Below, piece after piece: positions 29,701-38,756 of a stretch of 64,000 nt of DNA. The position numbers and the translations under genes were made by a program. Each line of letters opens with the position of its first letter. Within the stretch, counting starts at the first letter, position 1. Under the pieces are notes generated by a model. That model was given only the letters and a program-made list of their open reading frames with translations. It was not told the DNA's origin and did no database searches. The stretch covers positions 32,130-96,129 of the IMG/VR virus record IMGVR_UViG_3300030012_001572; one strand, written 5' to 3'. This stretch comes from a virus.

Positions 29701-30797
29701 CAATTTGTTTAAGTGACGGAGAAGAAACTTTCAAAACAGGAATGCAATCTAACAGTTTTAGTCTTACATTTGATAGTCTGAAAGAATTAAAAGGAATAGT
29801 TAGCCTTAGTGAAATAATTACTTTAAATGTAGGAAAAAACTTTAACAAAGATAGTAAACGATGTTTGATAGGGAATACTGTAAATATTGTTCAAGAATCT
29901 GAAGAACTGGCTAAAAGTTTATTAGAAAAAGAAAATATAAGTTTCACTTCTATAAATGAACCTAGTTATCCTTTATTTACTGCTCCTAACTTTCAAGGAA
30001 ATGATTTGTTATCCGCTACTAGATTTTTATTAGGTAAAAAAGATAGAGATATTGAAGTTATTGATGGTAATTTTGTAATTGATGATGAAGAAGCAACTAA
30101 TAAATATGCAAATGTATTATTATCAGAAAACAGTAAATATCAAATATATGAATTTGAAAAACAAAAAACGACCTTTTCTTTCTATAATGAAGTCATTGTT
30201 TATGGTAGTTCGCATAAATCAATTAAAAAAGATTTACGAAGCGTTAAAAAGATAGGAAGAAAAACATTGGAAGTGTTTGATAATAAATTGATTACTCAAG
30301 AAGATGTAGATAAAGAAGCAAGAGAACTATTGAAACTGCACTCTCAATTAAATGAGTCGTATAAAGTCACGGTATCAACAACGGGATTAGAACAAATAAA
30401 AAGCGGAGACATAATACAATTTGAACTTAAAAGAGAAAATGTAGATAGAGATGAATATATTATATTATCCGTAGAACATAGACTCTCTAATCTTATGGAA
30501 TTAGAATTAGGAAAATATGCTAAATCATTGGATGATAGATTAGTAGAAATTTTACAGGAAACTAAAGATACTAAATCTCACTTAAGAAGTAAACAATTCG
30601 CTGAAAAAACAGAAACCATTGAAACCTTAGATACTATTAAAATTAAGGAAATAAGAACATTAATAAGAAAAAGAAGCACTACTGGAAATCCTCTCACGCT
30701 TGGCTTTGGAACAAATCTAAATACAAGTAGCGTTGAACTAGGATTTGAGGGTGGACAAACTATCACGATTACAAATTTAAGGGAGGAAAACATATGA
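23796..30797 (+). CDS. Very large tail tip/hub protein with adhesin-like inserts (2333 aa)
   Basis: VEGRD hub motif; C-terminal FYNEVIVYG...IKSGDII...ILSVEH pattern of tail hub proteins; N/S/T-rich. Confidence 0.7.
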   Translation: MAIRVLNKGELTPSSASNQNTSNNPMVHCDNLVSSTNPLAVIIYPDDTTSETIQRIVLAADMLTDYSNLEKTEGNTLKVYDSFSQEGIDLSSLTDITTHHYFVMVHSDNHLLHHFAKITEIHTTDAFGDSIKFEPSLGNEINHGVKFKLFKGPAVSSDFISIGLGIKKDLQNSLQVARPYFWFNRDVNELESNTKHFIRVREITVGSSLNLSTSSSDTTFLVSQNYANEIKDYGKFTLKTKLVDNLRNLDIEGFTPITFTGDMHAVNHPDEIRNITGISSGTINDLLYRGIVRNNVPDGTYVTEILSSNSIRISQNVTAAVLTTSFTVSHSNESHALASNDLTDYETSFFNARRDADDLILPSASNYTSRGPTRYLHYDFSKDKANYSYNVIDLKINESIKGKTSFSETQIADMMKIYPNKLELHSPMRARQRLSRDKLNKFVDTGLSVGANGMLTGNDGLGNQIVSVHIVNVNSYFTAGEEIKIEDRLYIILSINSGTNTITLLQADTTIDGSPNTYSRLETESSYTDIGTPTINVGDSVFRRAYSPFNKTLINSFDLISNRHEDLYLITTSQNATYNYFKCSAIDASNNLLTFTVNLDKYLEEGLHLNNDYYLYYEKLNGTIEVLDYYRTDGQSIMRVEGRDIMSKILSPVVNNDTLFSEDIIYSSFGTINHLEQIGFVEASFNSQVINIKDTSNVSASITLIAGDKLYVRSKSNFFKPLGTVLTGNTGNQFNLERESNVECGGDTFTNGGVFELYKAVKNGSQPVKNYIFNKALSSNILVDSVTSLSGSSNKGLYFTSGVSLNNLGNDDTPLVNTSSSTDSRAIGYHISKVSGDIDGADYQCVLGDGASTESHENILTINTLMDFSVISVKENDGGKIIEIAPYIPATLGRLESNLANNYDATKTSIGFTLGDALITDLQNFINVSSSDSSYVALSELFIRRNDSVFINDRFVGFALEQHLSENHCFIVLDRQVFYETGQTVTIIHNRFGLSKGTLGDGPSSDNKNTHELELINVGHLHGGKIISNVFDYESVNGLRTFDFGLKYNDGSEITSFEKFGNPSYAIYSLEKGDNTNYAASYKVNFHRDTYAKVKSRLVDSSNIYNHLPIEGRGFYTPTYSNFDDKQIGVSSTLQTYGYPSTFPFIIASGNVFSTAANAQLVAGKFNTNTSQNIQIRKKSVDRMFLFVNSDENPYHENRLDSLCNPLRTRNISDYGIVGLLPLKNTNTQDDNNQDINTQRHTNVDEEYSFSNIVSSDKSINSLMNVGIMRLTEVVVDWSFNQIDPEDIQDEMITDAAVKEIFTPTTLEEDGVAIYTQAGSYNVGGDPNSIQFYNAPTGGSIVNFASTLVEAGDAIIADGTGFLIGFCLNNNPNTLMSDALFANSNKSAYYIGEVKKIKKANIAGSDLKGRQKDTFMGFDDTLSMLRTGYFNSPAHTSTQKQLVLDNQNSPNEIHAHSSGSTPSESSSWFALQFNDSSGNKVGFFFWFNVENSDGNQIDTIPAVYASDYSPHSDGITYTSVEIQLANGYSDTDFHAALATAFDSVNLRTNHVFGGNEANDSNAATYGGATVTQLRTKRAAPNNFYETTALLNHHPVSTVTTVNVDITADDTGWGGNPSAYYNKWSEILGGQINNYVSIPRKGGTYLPVSIATQYTSTPTFYSDILTNIAGSPLSTSFADISTTDANELKYTDFIPVALRGFVIEDSKGKKKINAGESFPKIKSLFRKNISSSHTIFGLTSEYSTWFNKYKYYMDLGATKEENTDLPNEGNGLKIGFKPRLDASLATLISGTQRSNSGNRIYNYSFNTNNTKLSWLRDLDLTGCYLVRVSGTNIDNNYFVEGFGFAYVISHEIDPSDSNKVILTTSTNLGPNTYRILQPNHTCFYDFTPTQINIGQLSSSYTKKPKINECYEDSLKSHALDDVSMDNDSINDQEAIGSIYVLIDLTGDVSSGDKIINTSMRREFFDNLPTTICLSDGEETFKTGMQSNSFSLTFDSLKELKGIVSLSEIITLNVGKNFNKDSKRCLIGNTVNIVQESEELAKSLLEKENISFTSINEPSYPLFTAPNFQGNDLLSATRFLLGKKDRDIEVIDGNFVIDDEEATNKYANVLLSENSKYQIYEFEKQKTTFSFYNEVIVYGSSHKSIKKDLRSVKKIGRKTLEVFDNKLITQEDVDKEARELLKLHSQLNESYKVTVSTTGLEQIKSGDIIQFELKRENVDRDEYIILSVEHRLSNLMELELGKYAKSLDDRLVEILQETKDTKSHLRSKQFAEKTETIETLDTIKIKEIRTLIRKRSTTGNPLTLGFGTNLNTSSVELGFEGGQTITITNLREENI

Positions 30798-31132
30798 TAA
30801 CTAACGAATTAAAAAGTTATTTGGCAGGACAATTAAAAGCAAGAATAGATACAGCACAGATAGGATTTGGAGGAAATAGCACAAGTCCTTCACAAAATAC
30901 ATTAGATGTTCCTAGTGGTTTTTCTACAACAATAGTTAAATCAGATTCAGATGAAAATGTTATTGAAGTAAAAGTCTCTATTGCTGGTTCTCTACTTACT
31001 GGTTCAGTTACTAGAGAAATGGGATTGTTTGATTCTTCAAATAATTTACTTAGTAGAATTAATTTTGAAGGAGTCGGCCCTTTTGCAAGTAATGAAACAT
31101 TAGAGATATTTTTATTAATTGAGGTAGATTAA
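30794..31132 (+). CDS. Tail tip/fibre attachment protein
   Basis: MITNE...QIGFGG...REMGLFD...LLSR pattern of tail-collar/fibre N-terminal domains. Confidence 0.55.
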   Translation: MITNELKSYLAGQLKARIDTAQIGFGGNSTSPSQNTLDVPSGFSTTIVKSDSDENVIEVKVSIAGSLLTGSVTREMGLFDSSNNLLSRINFEGVGPFASNETLEIFLLIEVD

Positions 31133-31133
31133 G

Positions 31134-33275
31134 ATGACTGTAACAAACCCTAAATTTTTTGGACAAAGCACGACTGGAACTCCTAATCAAATAGAAGATT
31201 CCGTAGATTTCCCGCATACTGGTTTATTAAAAGCATTAAGCACCGCTTCTTCAGGAAGATATGCTTTATCAGGATTTAATATTACACCCGCAGGAACAAC
31301 TGGAATTACTGTTGCTGCTGGAGAAATTCTATATAACGGTAAAGTTACAACAGTTAATGGTGCTTCTCTTACTTTAAGTGCTAGTCACACAAATGGCTAT
31401 CATTTACTTGTAGCACCAAGACCTACTAATGAAGACGGAAACGGAGCAACTCCATTAACTTCAACCGTTGTTTTAAGAAATCCTACTGCTGCAAATAAAG
31501 TGGCAGAATATACTTTAGGAGATACAATTATTGCAGTTATTACTCATACTGGTTCAGACCCTCATATTCAGTATTTAACTTATGATAAAACTTCTCAAGC
31601 ATTCAGTATTGCACATGATAATTCAATAGATGGAACAGGAACAACATATACCGAAATGGGAACTATTGAGGCTACTGCTACTGGGATAGTGATTCAACAA
31701 GATTCTGCAACTAACTTAGGAAACATACAAATTAAAAATAATGACCAAGATAGAGATATTATTTTCACTATGGACGATGGAGGCGTTGAAAAATCAATTA
31801 CATTAAATGCTGATATTGCTACTGCTCAATTTGCTGACTTTAGTATTACTACAAATGGTTCAGTCACGGCTGGCGGAGTTACTTTAAGCGGTGGTGGAAC
31901 AGTAAGTAATCATGGAAATAATAGAGTTATTACTTCAGGTGCAGCAAATACAGACTTAAATGCGGAAGCAAATTTAACTTTTGATGGAGCAACTTTAGCC
32001 GTTACAGGGGATATTACTGGAACAACTGTTACTACTACTGGTTTAATTACAACAAGCGCAAATAATATTTCTGCTCCTGCTGGTTCTGTTACTGGGGTTT
32101 CTATTGGTGCTGGAACAAACGGATTATCTAATTTAGGTAAATACACTCAATCACAACAATTAGCGGCTGATGCTGCTGGTGGGTATGGAATTACTACTCA
32201 TGGTCATGTTGAAATATTACAAGCAATAACACCCGCTAATCTAATTGATTGTTCTAAAGAACACTATTATGTTGGATTAGATACACAAGCACAAGCGACT
32301 CATTCAAGTCAAGGAAACCCAATTTCACCCGCAGGAATAAGTGCTACAACACAATTTGGATTATTAACAAAAGCAAATGAAGCAAATAGGAATGGTTCGG
32401 CTGTTCAAGGAGCAGGTGCTTATCAATATAGTGTAGATGAAGTATTTGGCGGCCATACTTTCTTTGTAGGGATTCAAAGACCTGAATCTCATATAGGAGG
32501 AACAGTTAGTATTACTAACATTACTGCTTTTTATCTTTATGTTGTTGTAGGAAATGAATCTGCTGGTGACCCTTCATTATACGCAGAAAGAAGAAGAATG
32601 AATGGAGGTCTTTGGAAATCTGTTCATTCTCTTACTGGTTTTAATCATGTAGGAAATACCCGTTGTGTTAATATGAGTAATATACTTCTTGGTGGTCTTG
32701 CACAAACATCAACTTTTTATGATATTTCTACATCATTTAGCGGTGATTTAGATGCTATTTTAGTTAAACCAAGAGAAACAATTACTTTATCTTCTCTTGA
32801 AATAACAGGAGAAGGAGGCGGAACACACGGACATGATGTATTTCAAGAACAGGGTTTAGCACATTCATCAGGCCAAAATAACGGACAATGGTTTTTAAAA
32901 GGAGTTTCAGGAGGTTCAGGGTTTGCTCATGTAGTAAATATAACTGATGCTTTTTTGCATATTCCTGTTGCTATGACTGGAACAACTTTTATTTGCACAG
33001 GAACAAATCAAATACTATTACCTAATTCTCCGCCAATAGGAACACAATATTCTTTCTTAGTAAAAGCGGGAACAACTTCTTTAGATAGACCCGACATAAC
33101 TACTGGCATTCCACCTGCTAATTTTGATTTATGCCCATCAGCAGTTCAAAGTGGAGGACAAGATGAATTTCATGAATTATCTTCGTCTGCTTCTTCTGCT
33201 CCATTGAGTATTGCTGCTGGTAATGGTAAAACAGTAATTTATACATCATCTCAAAATTGGGAAGTTATTGGGTGA
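31134..33275 (+). CDS. Tail fibre/receptor-binding protein
   Basis: G/T/A-rich; LNAEANLTFDG repeat-like segment; ends NWEVIG. Confidence 0.65.
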   Translation: MTVTNPKFFGQSTTGTPNQIEDSVDFPHTGLLKALSTASSGRYALSGFNITPAGTTGITVAAGEILYNGKVTTVNGASLTLSASHTNGYHLLVAPRPTNEDGNGATPLTSTVVLRNPTAANKVAEYTLGDTIIAVITHTGSDPHIQYLTYDKTSQAFSIAHDNSIDGTGTTYTEMGTIEATATGIVIQQDSATNLGNIQIKNNDQDRDIIFTMDDGGVEKSITLNADIATAQFADFSITTNGSVTAGGVTLSGGGTVSNHGNNRVITSGAANTDLNAEANLTFDGATLAVTGDITGTTVTTTGLITTSANNISAPAGSVTGVSIGAGTNGLSNLGKYTQSQQLAADAAGGYGITTHGHVEILQAITPANLIDCSKEHYYVGLDTQAQATHSSQGNPISPAGISATTQFGLLTKANEANRNGSAVQGAGAYQYSVDEVFGGHTFFVGIQRPESHIGGTVSITNITAFYLYVVVGNESAGDPSLYAERRRMNGGLWKSVHSLTGFNHVGNTRCVNMSNILLGGLAQTSTFYDISTSFSGDLDAILVKPRETITLSSLEITGEGGGTHGHDVFQEQGLAHSSGQNNGQWFLKGVSGGSGFAHVVNITDAFLHIPVAMTGTTFICTGTNQILLPNSPPIGTQYSFLVKAGTTSLDRPDITTGIPPANFDLCPSAVQSGGQDEFHELSSSASSAPLSIAAGNGKTVIYTSSQNWEVIG

Positions 33276-33279
33276 TTAA

Positions 33280-34032
33280 ATGGATAATCCTTTGTTTCTC
33301 GTTACTAAGGGCTTAAAGGCTAAAAAGAAGCGTTTAGGCGGTGGTGGCGGTGGTGTGTTTCCAACAGGAAGTTCGCCCCATGAATTAGGAATTGTAAGTT
33401 TTACAGAACAAACTTCCTCACCGCCATTTAATACGCATACTATGGCAAGTGTTTTTATTAGAGAATCAAGCACAATTGACCCTTCAAATGGTAATATTAT
33501 TGGCTTTGCTACTATAAAGGATAGTGGTGGAACAAATATAAATAGCATAAGTAATCCAGAAATAAATGTTGCTGATTATATCGCTACAATACTACAAGGA
33601 GAATCAGCCCCAAATACAGACGCAAATAGTTTCCCTCACTTAGCAGGAACTCAAATGGAAAGAGGAGAAATACAAATTTCAACTAATAATTTTACTGAAG
33701 ATATATTTATAATATTTATGTTTTCAGGATATAATCAATCTGGTGCATTTAATCAAGGTAGTGGAAATGTTAATTTAGCAGTAAATACTAGCAATCTAAC
33801 TATAACACCACAAAATCCAAATCCATTCAATATAGGTGGAAGCAACCCAATAACAGGTAGGGCTGATATTACATTTCATACTTCATTACTTTCAAGCCAA
33901 CATGAAATTATATTAGAGTTTAAAGCAGATGCAATAGGAAAAGCGGGAACAGGAACAACGGCAACAACATCACCAATTGCAGGAGCAACAAAGGTTGGTT
34001 CTTGTTATCTTAAAATAGTCTTTACTGCCTGA
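33280..34032 (+). CDS. Putative tail fibre-associated protein
   Basis: Last gene of the + arm; poly-G linker; beta-rich. Confidence 0.5.
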   Translation: MDNPLFLVTKGLKAKKKRLGGGGGGVFPTGSSPHELGIVSFTEQTSSPPFNTHTMASVFIRESSTIDPSNGNIIGFATIKDSGGTNINSISNPEINVADYIATILQGESAPNTDANSFPHLAGTQMERGEIQISTNNFTEDIFIIFMFSGYNQSGAFNQGSGNVNLAVNTSNLTITPQNPNPFNIGGSNPITGRADITFHTSLLSSQHEIILEFKADAIGKAGTGTTATTSPIAGATKVGSCYLKIVFTA

Positions 34033-34062
34033 TTTAAGCGAACAAAATTTCCACTAAGGGTT

Positions 34063-34111
34063 AAAAAACCAAAAAAAAAGTTGAGGGGCTATTGCCCCCC
34101 AACGGTTTTTT
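34063..34111. terminator. Bidirectional terminator at the convergence of the two arms
   Basis: A-tract, stem gttgaggggc/gccccccaac, then T-tract. Confidence 0.75.
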
Positions 34112-34241
34112 CTGACCATATGCCTTTACAAGCCCTACATTCCCACAATTTTATTTGTTCAGTAGAGCCTACATAAAAACCTAAAAGTCTTTTTGCTACT
34201 GTATATTCATTACAGTAGATACATTTTTGCTTTAATCCCAT
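34089..34241 (-). CDS. Small Zn-ribbon protein (50 aa)
   Basis: MGLKQKCIYC...WECRACKGIW; below the ORF-track cutoff. Confidence 0.6.
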   Translation of the reverse strand: MGLKQKCIYCNEYTVAKRLLGFYVGSTEQIKLWECRACKGIWSEKTVGGQ

Positions 34242-34245
34242 GTCA

Positions 34246-34395
34246 TCACTTAATGTTCTTATCTTCGCCCATTAAACGCTTCATGTATTCTTCAACGCTT
34301 TCATCAGTAACCGAAGTTCCACCGAAAGCAGCGAAAAACAGAAGCATTAGAACGACGATGAAAACAAACAAGCCGAACCATTCCCAACCAGTCAT
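34246..34395 (-). CDS. Small membrane protein (49 aa)
   Basis: MTGWEWFGLFVFIVVLMLLFFAAF...; TAATG-coupled to the upstream gene. Confidence 0.6.
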   Translation of the reverse strand: MTGWEWFGLFVFIVVLMLLFFAAFGGTSVTDESVEEYMKRLMGEDKNIK

Positions 34396-34988
34396 TACCA
34401 TTTCACCTCCAAATCTAAATGTTCTCCTTTTTCAACCGAAAAGGCTTTTACAATTCCATTATTTTGTCCATACTGCCAAAGGTCATAGACTAATTGTGTA
34501 TCTTTCATACAATATTCAACTACTTCATCATATTGTCCCATTTTCCACAATTTAGGTGCATCTGCACTATCCATTAACTTAGCATCATTCATAGTGCATT
34601 TAACAAGATTTTTTAATTGAAACCTTTCACCATGTTCTTTAAGCAACAACTTAGAAGTATCTATATATTTTTCTTCACTAAGATATTTATTAATACAGAA
34701 TATATCCATAGAATCCCTAAGAATAGGTAAATCAAATGCAACAATGTTATGTCCTAATAATAGACCTCCTTTTTGCAAATGCTCATCTAAGTCATATTTG
34801 AGTTCTCTAAGAGATTTAACTATGTGTCCTGATTTAGCAAAAGAATTTACTGGTTCATCAACATAAACTGTTCCAGTATTACCATCCCAAGTAGCAACAG
34901 TAGATACTTGAAACATATGAGTATTACCGAAACCACCAATATCATACGACATATTTTTGGTTTCTAAGTCAATTGCTAAAATTGACAT
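34395..34988 (-). CDS. DEDD/RNase H-like 3'-5' exonuclease
   Basis: AIDLET, GHNIVAFDLP, YCMKD. Confidence 0.8.
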   Translation of the reverse strand: MSILAIDLETKNMSYDIGGFGNTHMFQVSTVATWDGNTGTVYVDEPVNSFAKSGHIVKSLRELKYDLDEHLQKGGLLLGHNIVAFDLPILRDSMDIFCINKYLSEEKYIDTSKLLLKEHGERFQLKNLVKCTMNDAKLMDSADAPKLWKMGQYDEVVEYCMKDTQLVYDLWQYGQNNGIVKAFSVEKGEHLDLEVKW

Positions 34989-34990
34989 AT

Positions 34991-35221
34991 TTACTCACCT
35001 GAATTAGACCAAAGTTTGCTAATTTTTTCTTCCTCTTTATCTACTTTAGGTTCTTCATCTACATCTGTTCTTCGCTTTAAGAAGCAAACAATCTGCTTAT
35101 TTGCTACAATTAATTGAGAACAACATTCCCAACCATCGTCACCATAAGTATTTAATGTGTCAATAATTACTTTTGGCCCTTTTGCTACTTCAAATACTAG
35201 ATATGTGTTTTCCCATTTCAT
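34991..35221 (-). CDS. DUF4177-like small protein
   Basis: MKWE...LNTYGDDGWE...FLKR. Confidence 0.55.
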   Translation of the reverse strand: MKWENTYLVFEVAKGPKVIIDTLNTYGDDGWECCSQLIVANKQIVCFLKRRTDVDEEPKVDKEEEKISKLWSNSGE

Positions 35222-36753
35222 TCGTCATCACCTTTTTTCAGTCTAATATATTTAGAACGACTAATATACATTTCTTCAAATCTATGTTCTACATTCCCAA
35301 AATGTCTGTAAATTTGTGCTTGAGATTTCTTGGCTTTCTCTTTAATTGCTTTAAAATACAATGTTTTATTGACATAACCTTCTTCATCTTTCTCCATGTT
35401 GTTATAAACATTAATAAAGACTGACTCTAGCGAATTTTCAGCAATACTATGTCGCTTAACCCGTAGGCTTCGCTCTAACCAATCAACCAATGTCATATAA
35501 CATTGTCGGACAATCGTAGCCGCTTGACGGACATTATGCCCCGAAACATTGAATCTTTGGCTTTTATCTTTGATTGATGGAGCAGAAGCAACGCTACAAA
35601 GAACAGACATTTTAATGAGAATTTTAAGCAAACGGGTAGTAAAATTTGCTGCAATTTCAGCAACTTCGCCTCTTGTGTTCCAAAGATAGTTATTCATATT
35701 TTGATACTCTAACTTCAAAACATCATTGAAATCAGGAGAATAAGTCATAACATTGAGAACATTACCTCCAACTTCATTATATCTTTCTTCAACTAATTCG
35801 TAAATTTTGAAAATAGCATTAGCAAATCTTTCAACTGGTTGATTAACTTCTTCTAATGTTCCTGCTTTTTCGATTTGCTCTAATCTCATTTTATGCTGAA
35901 TAAATTTAGGAACTTCCCAAACATATAAAAGCATTCTTTGAAGAACACCTTTTTCAGCCATTACTTCGTTTAGATTACTTGGAGGATAAGTCATAGCAAT
36001 TACTGAACGCTCACAAAAACATTCCATAATTTTATTATCATAAGAAGTCAAAGCCTTAGATATTATCCATGATTCACCTGCCAATGTATTCATTAAAGTA
36101 TTAAGATAAACAATTGCTTTATCTTGATGTTGGCTTTGCTTAAAAATACCAGAATATTCAAATTCATCCCAATGGGCTAATCCGCTTCCTTCAAGTAATC
36201 CAGCGTTTCTTTTTGGTTTCATTTCCCCTGTCCACTTTTCTTCAAAGGTTTCTTCATTAACTTCCATTACTTTTTCTTCTCCCCAATTACCAATCAATAC
36301 TGAATCTGTATAATCTGTTATACCGAAAGTATCAAACTTTCTTTCCATAATATCATCAACATGAGGATTATCTGAATTTGTTTTTAGTGAAGGATGATTT
36401 CCTTTACCATTAATCAATTCAAATGTTCTGTTAGCAACTGGCCCAACAAAATTCCATAATGTTGATTTTCCTGTTCCGCTTGTTTGAACCCAACAAAAAT
36501 GCACTCTTGAATCTTCAATGTTTCTTCCGTTTGGTATTTGTATAAAATCTTTACAGACCTGTCCTAAAATATTAAAGAAAGAAATTGCTGCTGGTATTTC
36601 ATTATAATGAGATACTTCAACTGCTGAGGTTTGAAACTCTCTAACAATTGCAGGAAGGGCTTCGCTAAATGCAATAGCATTTTCTTCTAAAGCCTCCAAA
36701 TACTCATCTTCAACTTCTTCTCCATATAGTTCTTCGTTATATTCATTACTCAT
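35218..36753 (-). CDS. AAA+ ATPase, putative replicative helicase (divergent MCM-like)
   Basis: Walker A SGTGKST, GLL..SGLAHWDEF, GVLQR finger, TTRLL sensor, C-terminal wHTH. Confidence 0.65.
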   Translation of the reverse strand: MSNEYNEELYGEEVEDEYLEALEENAIAFSEALPAIVREFQTSAVEVSHYNEIPAAISFFNILGQVCKDFIQIPNGRNIEDSRVHFCWVQTSGTGKSTLWNFVGPVANRTFELINGKGNHPSLKTNSDNPHVDDIMERKFDTFGITDYTDSVLIGNWGEEKVMEVNEETFEEKWTGEMKPKRNAGLLEGSGLAHWDEFEYSGIFKQSQHQDKAIVYLNTLMNTLAGESWIISKALTSYDNKIMECFCERSVIAMTYPPSNLNEVMAEKGVLQRMLLYVWEVPKFIQHKMRLEQIEKAGTLEEVNQPVERFANAIFKIYELVEERYNEVGGNVLNVMTYSPDFNDVLKLEYQNMNNYLWNTRGEVAEIAANFTTRLLKILIKMSVLCSVASAPSIKDKSQRFNVSGHNVRQAATIVRQCYMTLVDWLERSLRVKRHSIAENSLESVFINVYNNMEKDEEGYVNKTLYFKAIKEKAKKSQAQIYRHFGNVEHRFEEMYISRSKYIRLKKGDDE

Positions 36754-37439
36754 ATTTTCACCTTCTCTTCTGAATTTAATGTAGAGATTATTCTTTTGGC
36801 TAAGGTTTCTCCAATACCTTCAATCGCTTGTAGTTCAAACGCTGAACACTCGCCAATTTCCATAATAGAGCCATATTGTTTTATTAATTGTTTTGCTTTT
36901 TTAATTGATACGCCTTTAATACTGCTTAACAAATCTATTCTTAAATCATCTGTTGTAATTCTTTTAAATATCTGTGGTGCTATTGTTTCTCTTGTTAATG
37001 GTTTCATTTTACTTACTGCTGTTATTATTAGTGCCGCTTCTTCTTCCGTCTGAACCCAAAAAGGTTTAACATCGGTATCTAAAACGATTCTCCCTAATGC
37101 TCCTAAAAATTTATTACTTAGCATAATACTTCTAGTTCCTATTGGCATTTTACTGGGAGAGTGTTCAATTACATTCATAATTGCTTCTTGCATATCGCCA
37201 TAAATAATGACGACATTAGTTTGATAATGTCTATCCATATTATCTATTTGTGTCCATAATCTTTTAGACATTACTGAACCTAAAAAATCGGTTGCTGATT
37301 TTGCTTCAAAACAAACATCATCAAAAATATAGTCGCCTATTTCAAGCCACTTTACTTCATGTTCTATCTTAAGGGCTTTTGCTTTTTGAACAACAAGTTT
37401 AGAAAGTTTTGAATTTTCTCTTGAATCAATTACTAGCAT
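36750..37439 (-). CDS. ERCC4/XPF (Hef-like) endonuclease with HhH motifs
   Basis: VIDSRE, GDY, FEAKS..DF, tandem HhH (IKGVS, IEGIG). Confidence 0.85.
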   Translation of the reverse strand: MLVIDSRENSKLSKLVVQKAKALKIEHEVKWLEIGDYIFDDVCFEAKSATDFLGSVMSKRLWTQIDNMDRHYQTNVVIIYGDMQEAIMNVIEHSPSKMPIGTRSIMLSNKFLGALGRIVLDTDVKPFWVQTEEEAALIITAVSKMKPLTRETIAPQIFKRITTDDLRIDLLSSIKGVSIKKAKQLIKQYGSIMEIGECSAFELQAIEGIGETLAKRIISTLNSEEKVKI

Positions 37440-38481
37440 TTGAATACCTCCAACATTTACCTACACAAAAACCCTCACTAATGAGCCTATCACAATGAGG
37501 CGTATTATAGTTATTATAGACTGTAAAACGAGAATGCTTTTGAGTTTCATTCTTATCCCAATCAAGCCATACTGAATCAGAATCAGCAAAGACTCTTTCT
37601 AATTCTTCAACCACTAACTGATGAACTTTTTGTTTATCAGCATGGTTAGTCAAATCACTATAACCCGACAATAAATCACGATACCAAGATACAAGGTATG
37701 CTCTTGCTAAATGCGTGGGATTCTCTACCATAACCGCATTATGCAAACAGGGCAACATAGGCAATTTACCTACGCTTGAAGGCACAGAAACAGACCCCTC
37801 CATAGCCTCAATAGGGGGTGCTTTGGGAAACAAGACCTCATTTTTACCGCCCTTTTGGAAGGGTAAATGGCGAGGCTTAATAGACATTCTAAGTATTTCT
37901 TCAATATCTAAAGATAAATCATCAATAGTTAAAGGTATGCAATAACGAGCATTTCCTTCTCCATCAGAAGATGACATATTAACTGTATTTGGAACTCTTC
38001 TTAATCTTGTAGTCTGTCCTACCCTTTCATCAAGAGTATTGTCTTTTCCTACTTTCATAATTAGATATTCTTTTATCTCTTTAAAAAATGTTTGAACATC
38101 TCTCATTTCTTTTGTTCTTTTTCCAAACAAAAATAAATGAAAACCACGACCTGAGAAAAATAAAGTATGTTTGTAATCATTAGTAATAACCAATTCCATC
38201 ACCTGTTTTACATCACGCCATGCTTTATCTAATTCGTCTTCATGGGCATCAAAATCTAAAAATATTCTATCAATAATTACGCTTGCTTCAACAGGCATAT
38301 TTTCTGTAAAATACTCAAAATCATACACGGTTGTATATACATTTGTTCTGTTGTTGTGTGCTTTAATAAAATCAATGTAATCATTCCTTGTTGTCATCTT
38401 TTTTCTTCGCATTTGTGGAGCGTTTCTTATTTGACTCCCCGCCCATACCATTCTCGGATATTTCATTGACATTACCTCCAA
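37426..38481 (-). CDS. Archaeo-eukaryotic primase with fused PriL-like Cys domain
   Basis: FLDFD, SGRGFH, RLRRVP; C-terminal LPC...PHC...FCVGKC. Confidence 0.85.
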   Translation of the reverse strand: MEVMSMKYPRMVWAGSQIRNAPQMRRKKMTTRNDYIDFIKAHNNRTNVYTTVYDFEYFTENMPVEASVIIDRIFLDFDAHEDELDKAWRDVKQVMELVITNDYKHTLFFSGRGFHLFLFGKRTKEMRDVQTFFKEIKEYLIMKVGKDNTLDERVGQTTRLRRVPNTVNMSSSDGEGNARYCIPLTIDDLSLDIEEILRMSIKPRHLPFQKGGKNEVLFPKAPPIEAMEGSVSVPSSVGKLPMLPCLHNAVMVENPTHLARAYLVSWYRDLLSGYSDLTNHADKQKVHQLVVEELERVFADSDSVWLDWDKNETQKHSRFTVYNNYNTPHCDRLISEGFCVGKCWRYSNASN

Positions 38482-38752
38482 AATTTACTGTTGCCGTATT
38501 TAGCATACTTCTAATAATTCCTGCTACATCACCCTGTAATGTAGTCATAATTGCTTCTCTCATAACATCTTCAAAAACAAGACCTACCCATCCTTCATTA
38601 ACTCTAATACCTCTAATAATATCATATCTTTCTGGTAAAGATAACTCAAGATATATTTCTTGAGAAAGAGAACCTATTGTTTCTTTTAGATTAGATATTT
38701 CATTAAATGTCCAGTTTCTTGATAATACTTTTTGCTTAATTAAATCATTCAT
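38381..38752 (-). CDS. Hypothetical protein
   Basis: Probable start MNDLIK after a GTGA RBS-like site. Confidence 0.45.
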   Translation of the reverse strand: MNDLIKQKVLSRNWTFNEISNLKETIGSLSQEIYLELSLPERYDIIRGIRVNEGWVGLVFEDVMREAIMTTLQGDVAGIIRSMLNTATVNFGGNVNEISENGMGGESNKKRSTNAKKKDDNKE

Positions 38753-38756
38753 TTTA

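Noticed and set aside
31134-34032. Diversity-generating retroelement target in the fibre genes
   Set aside because: No reverse transcriptase and no TR/VR repeat pair noticed
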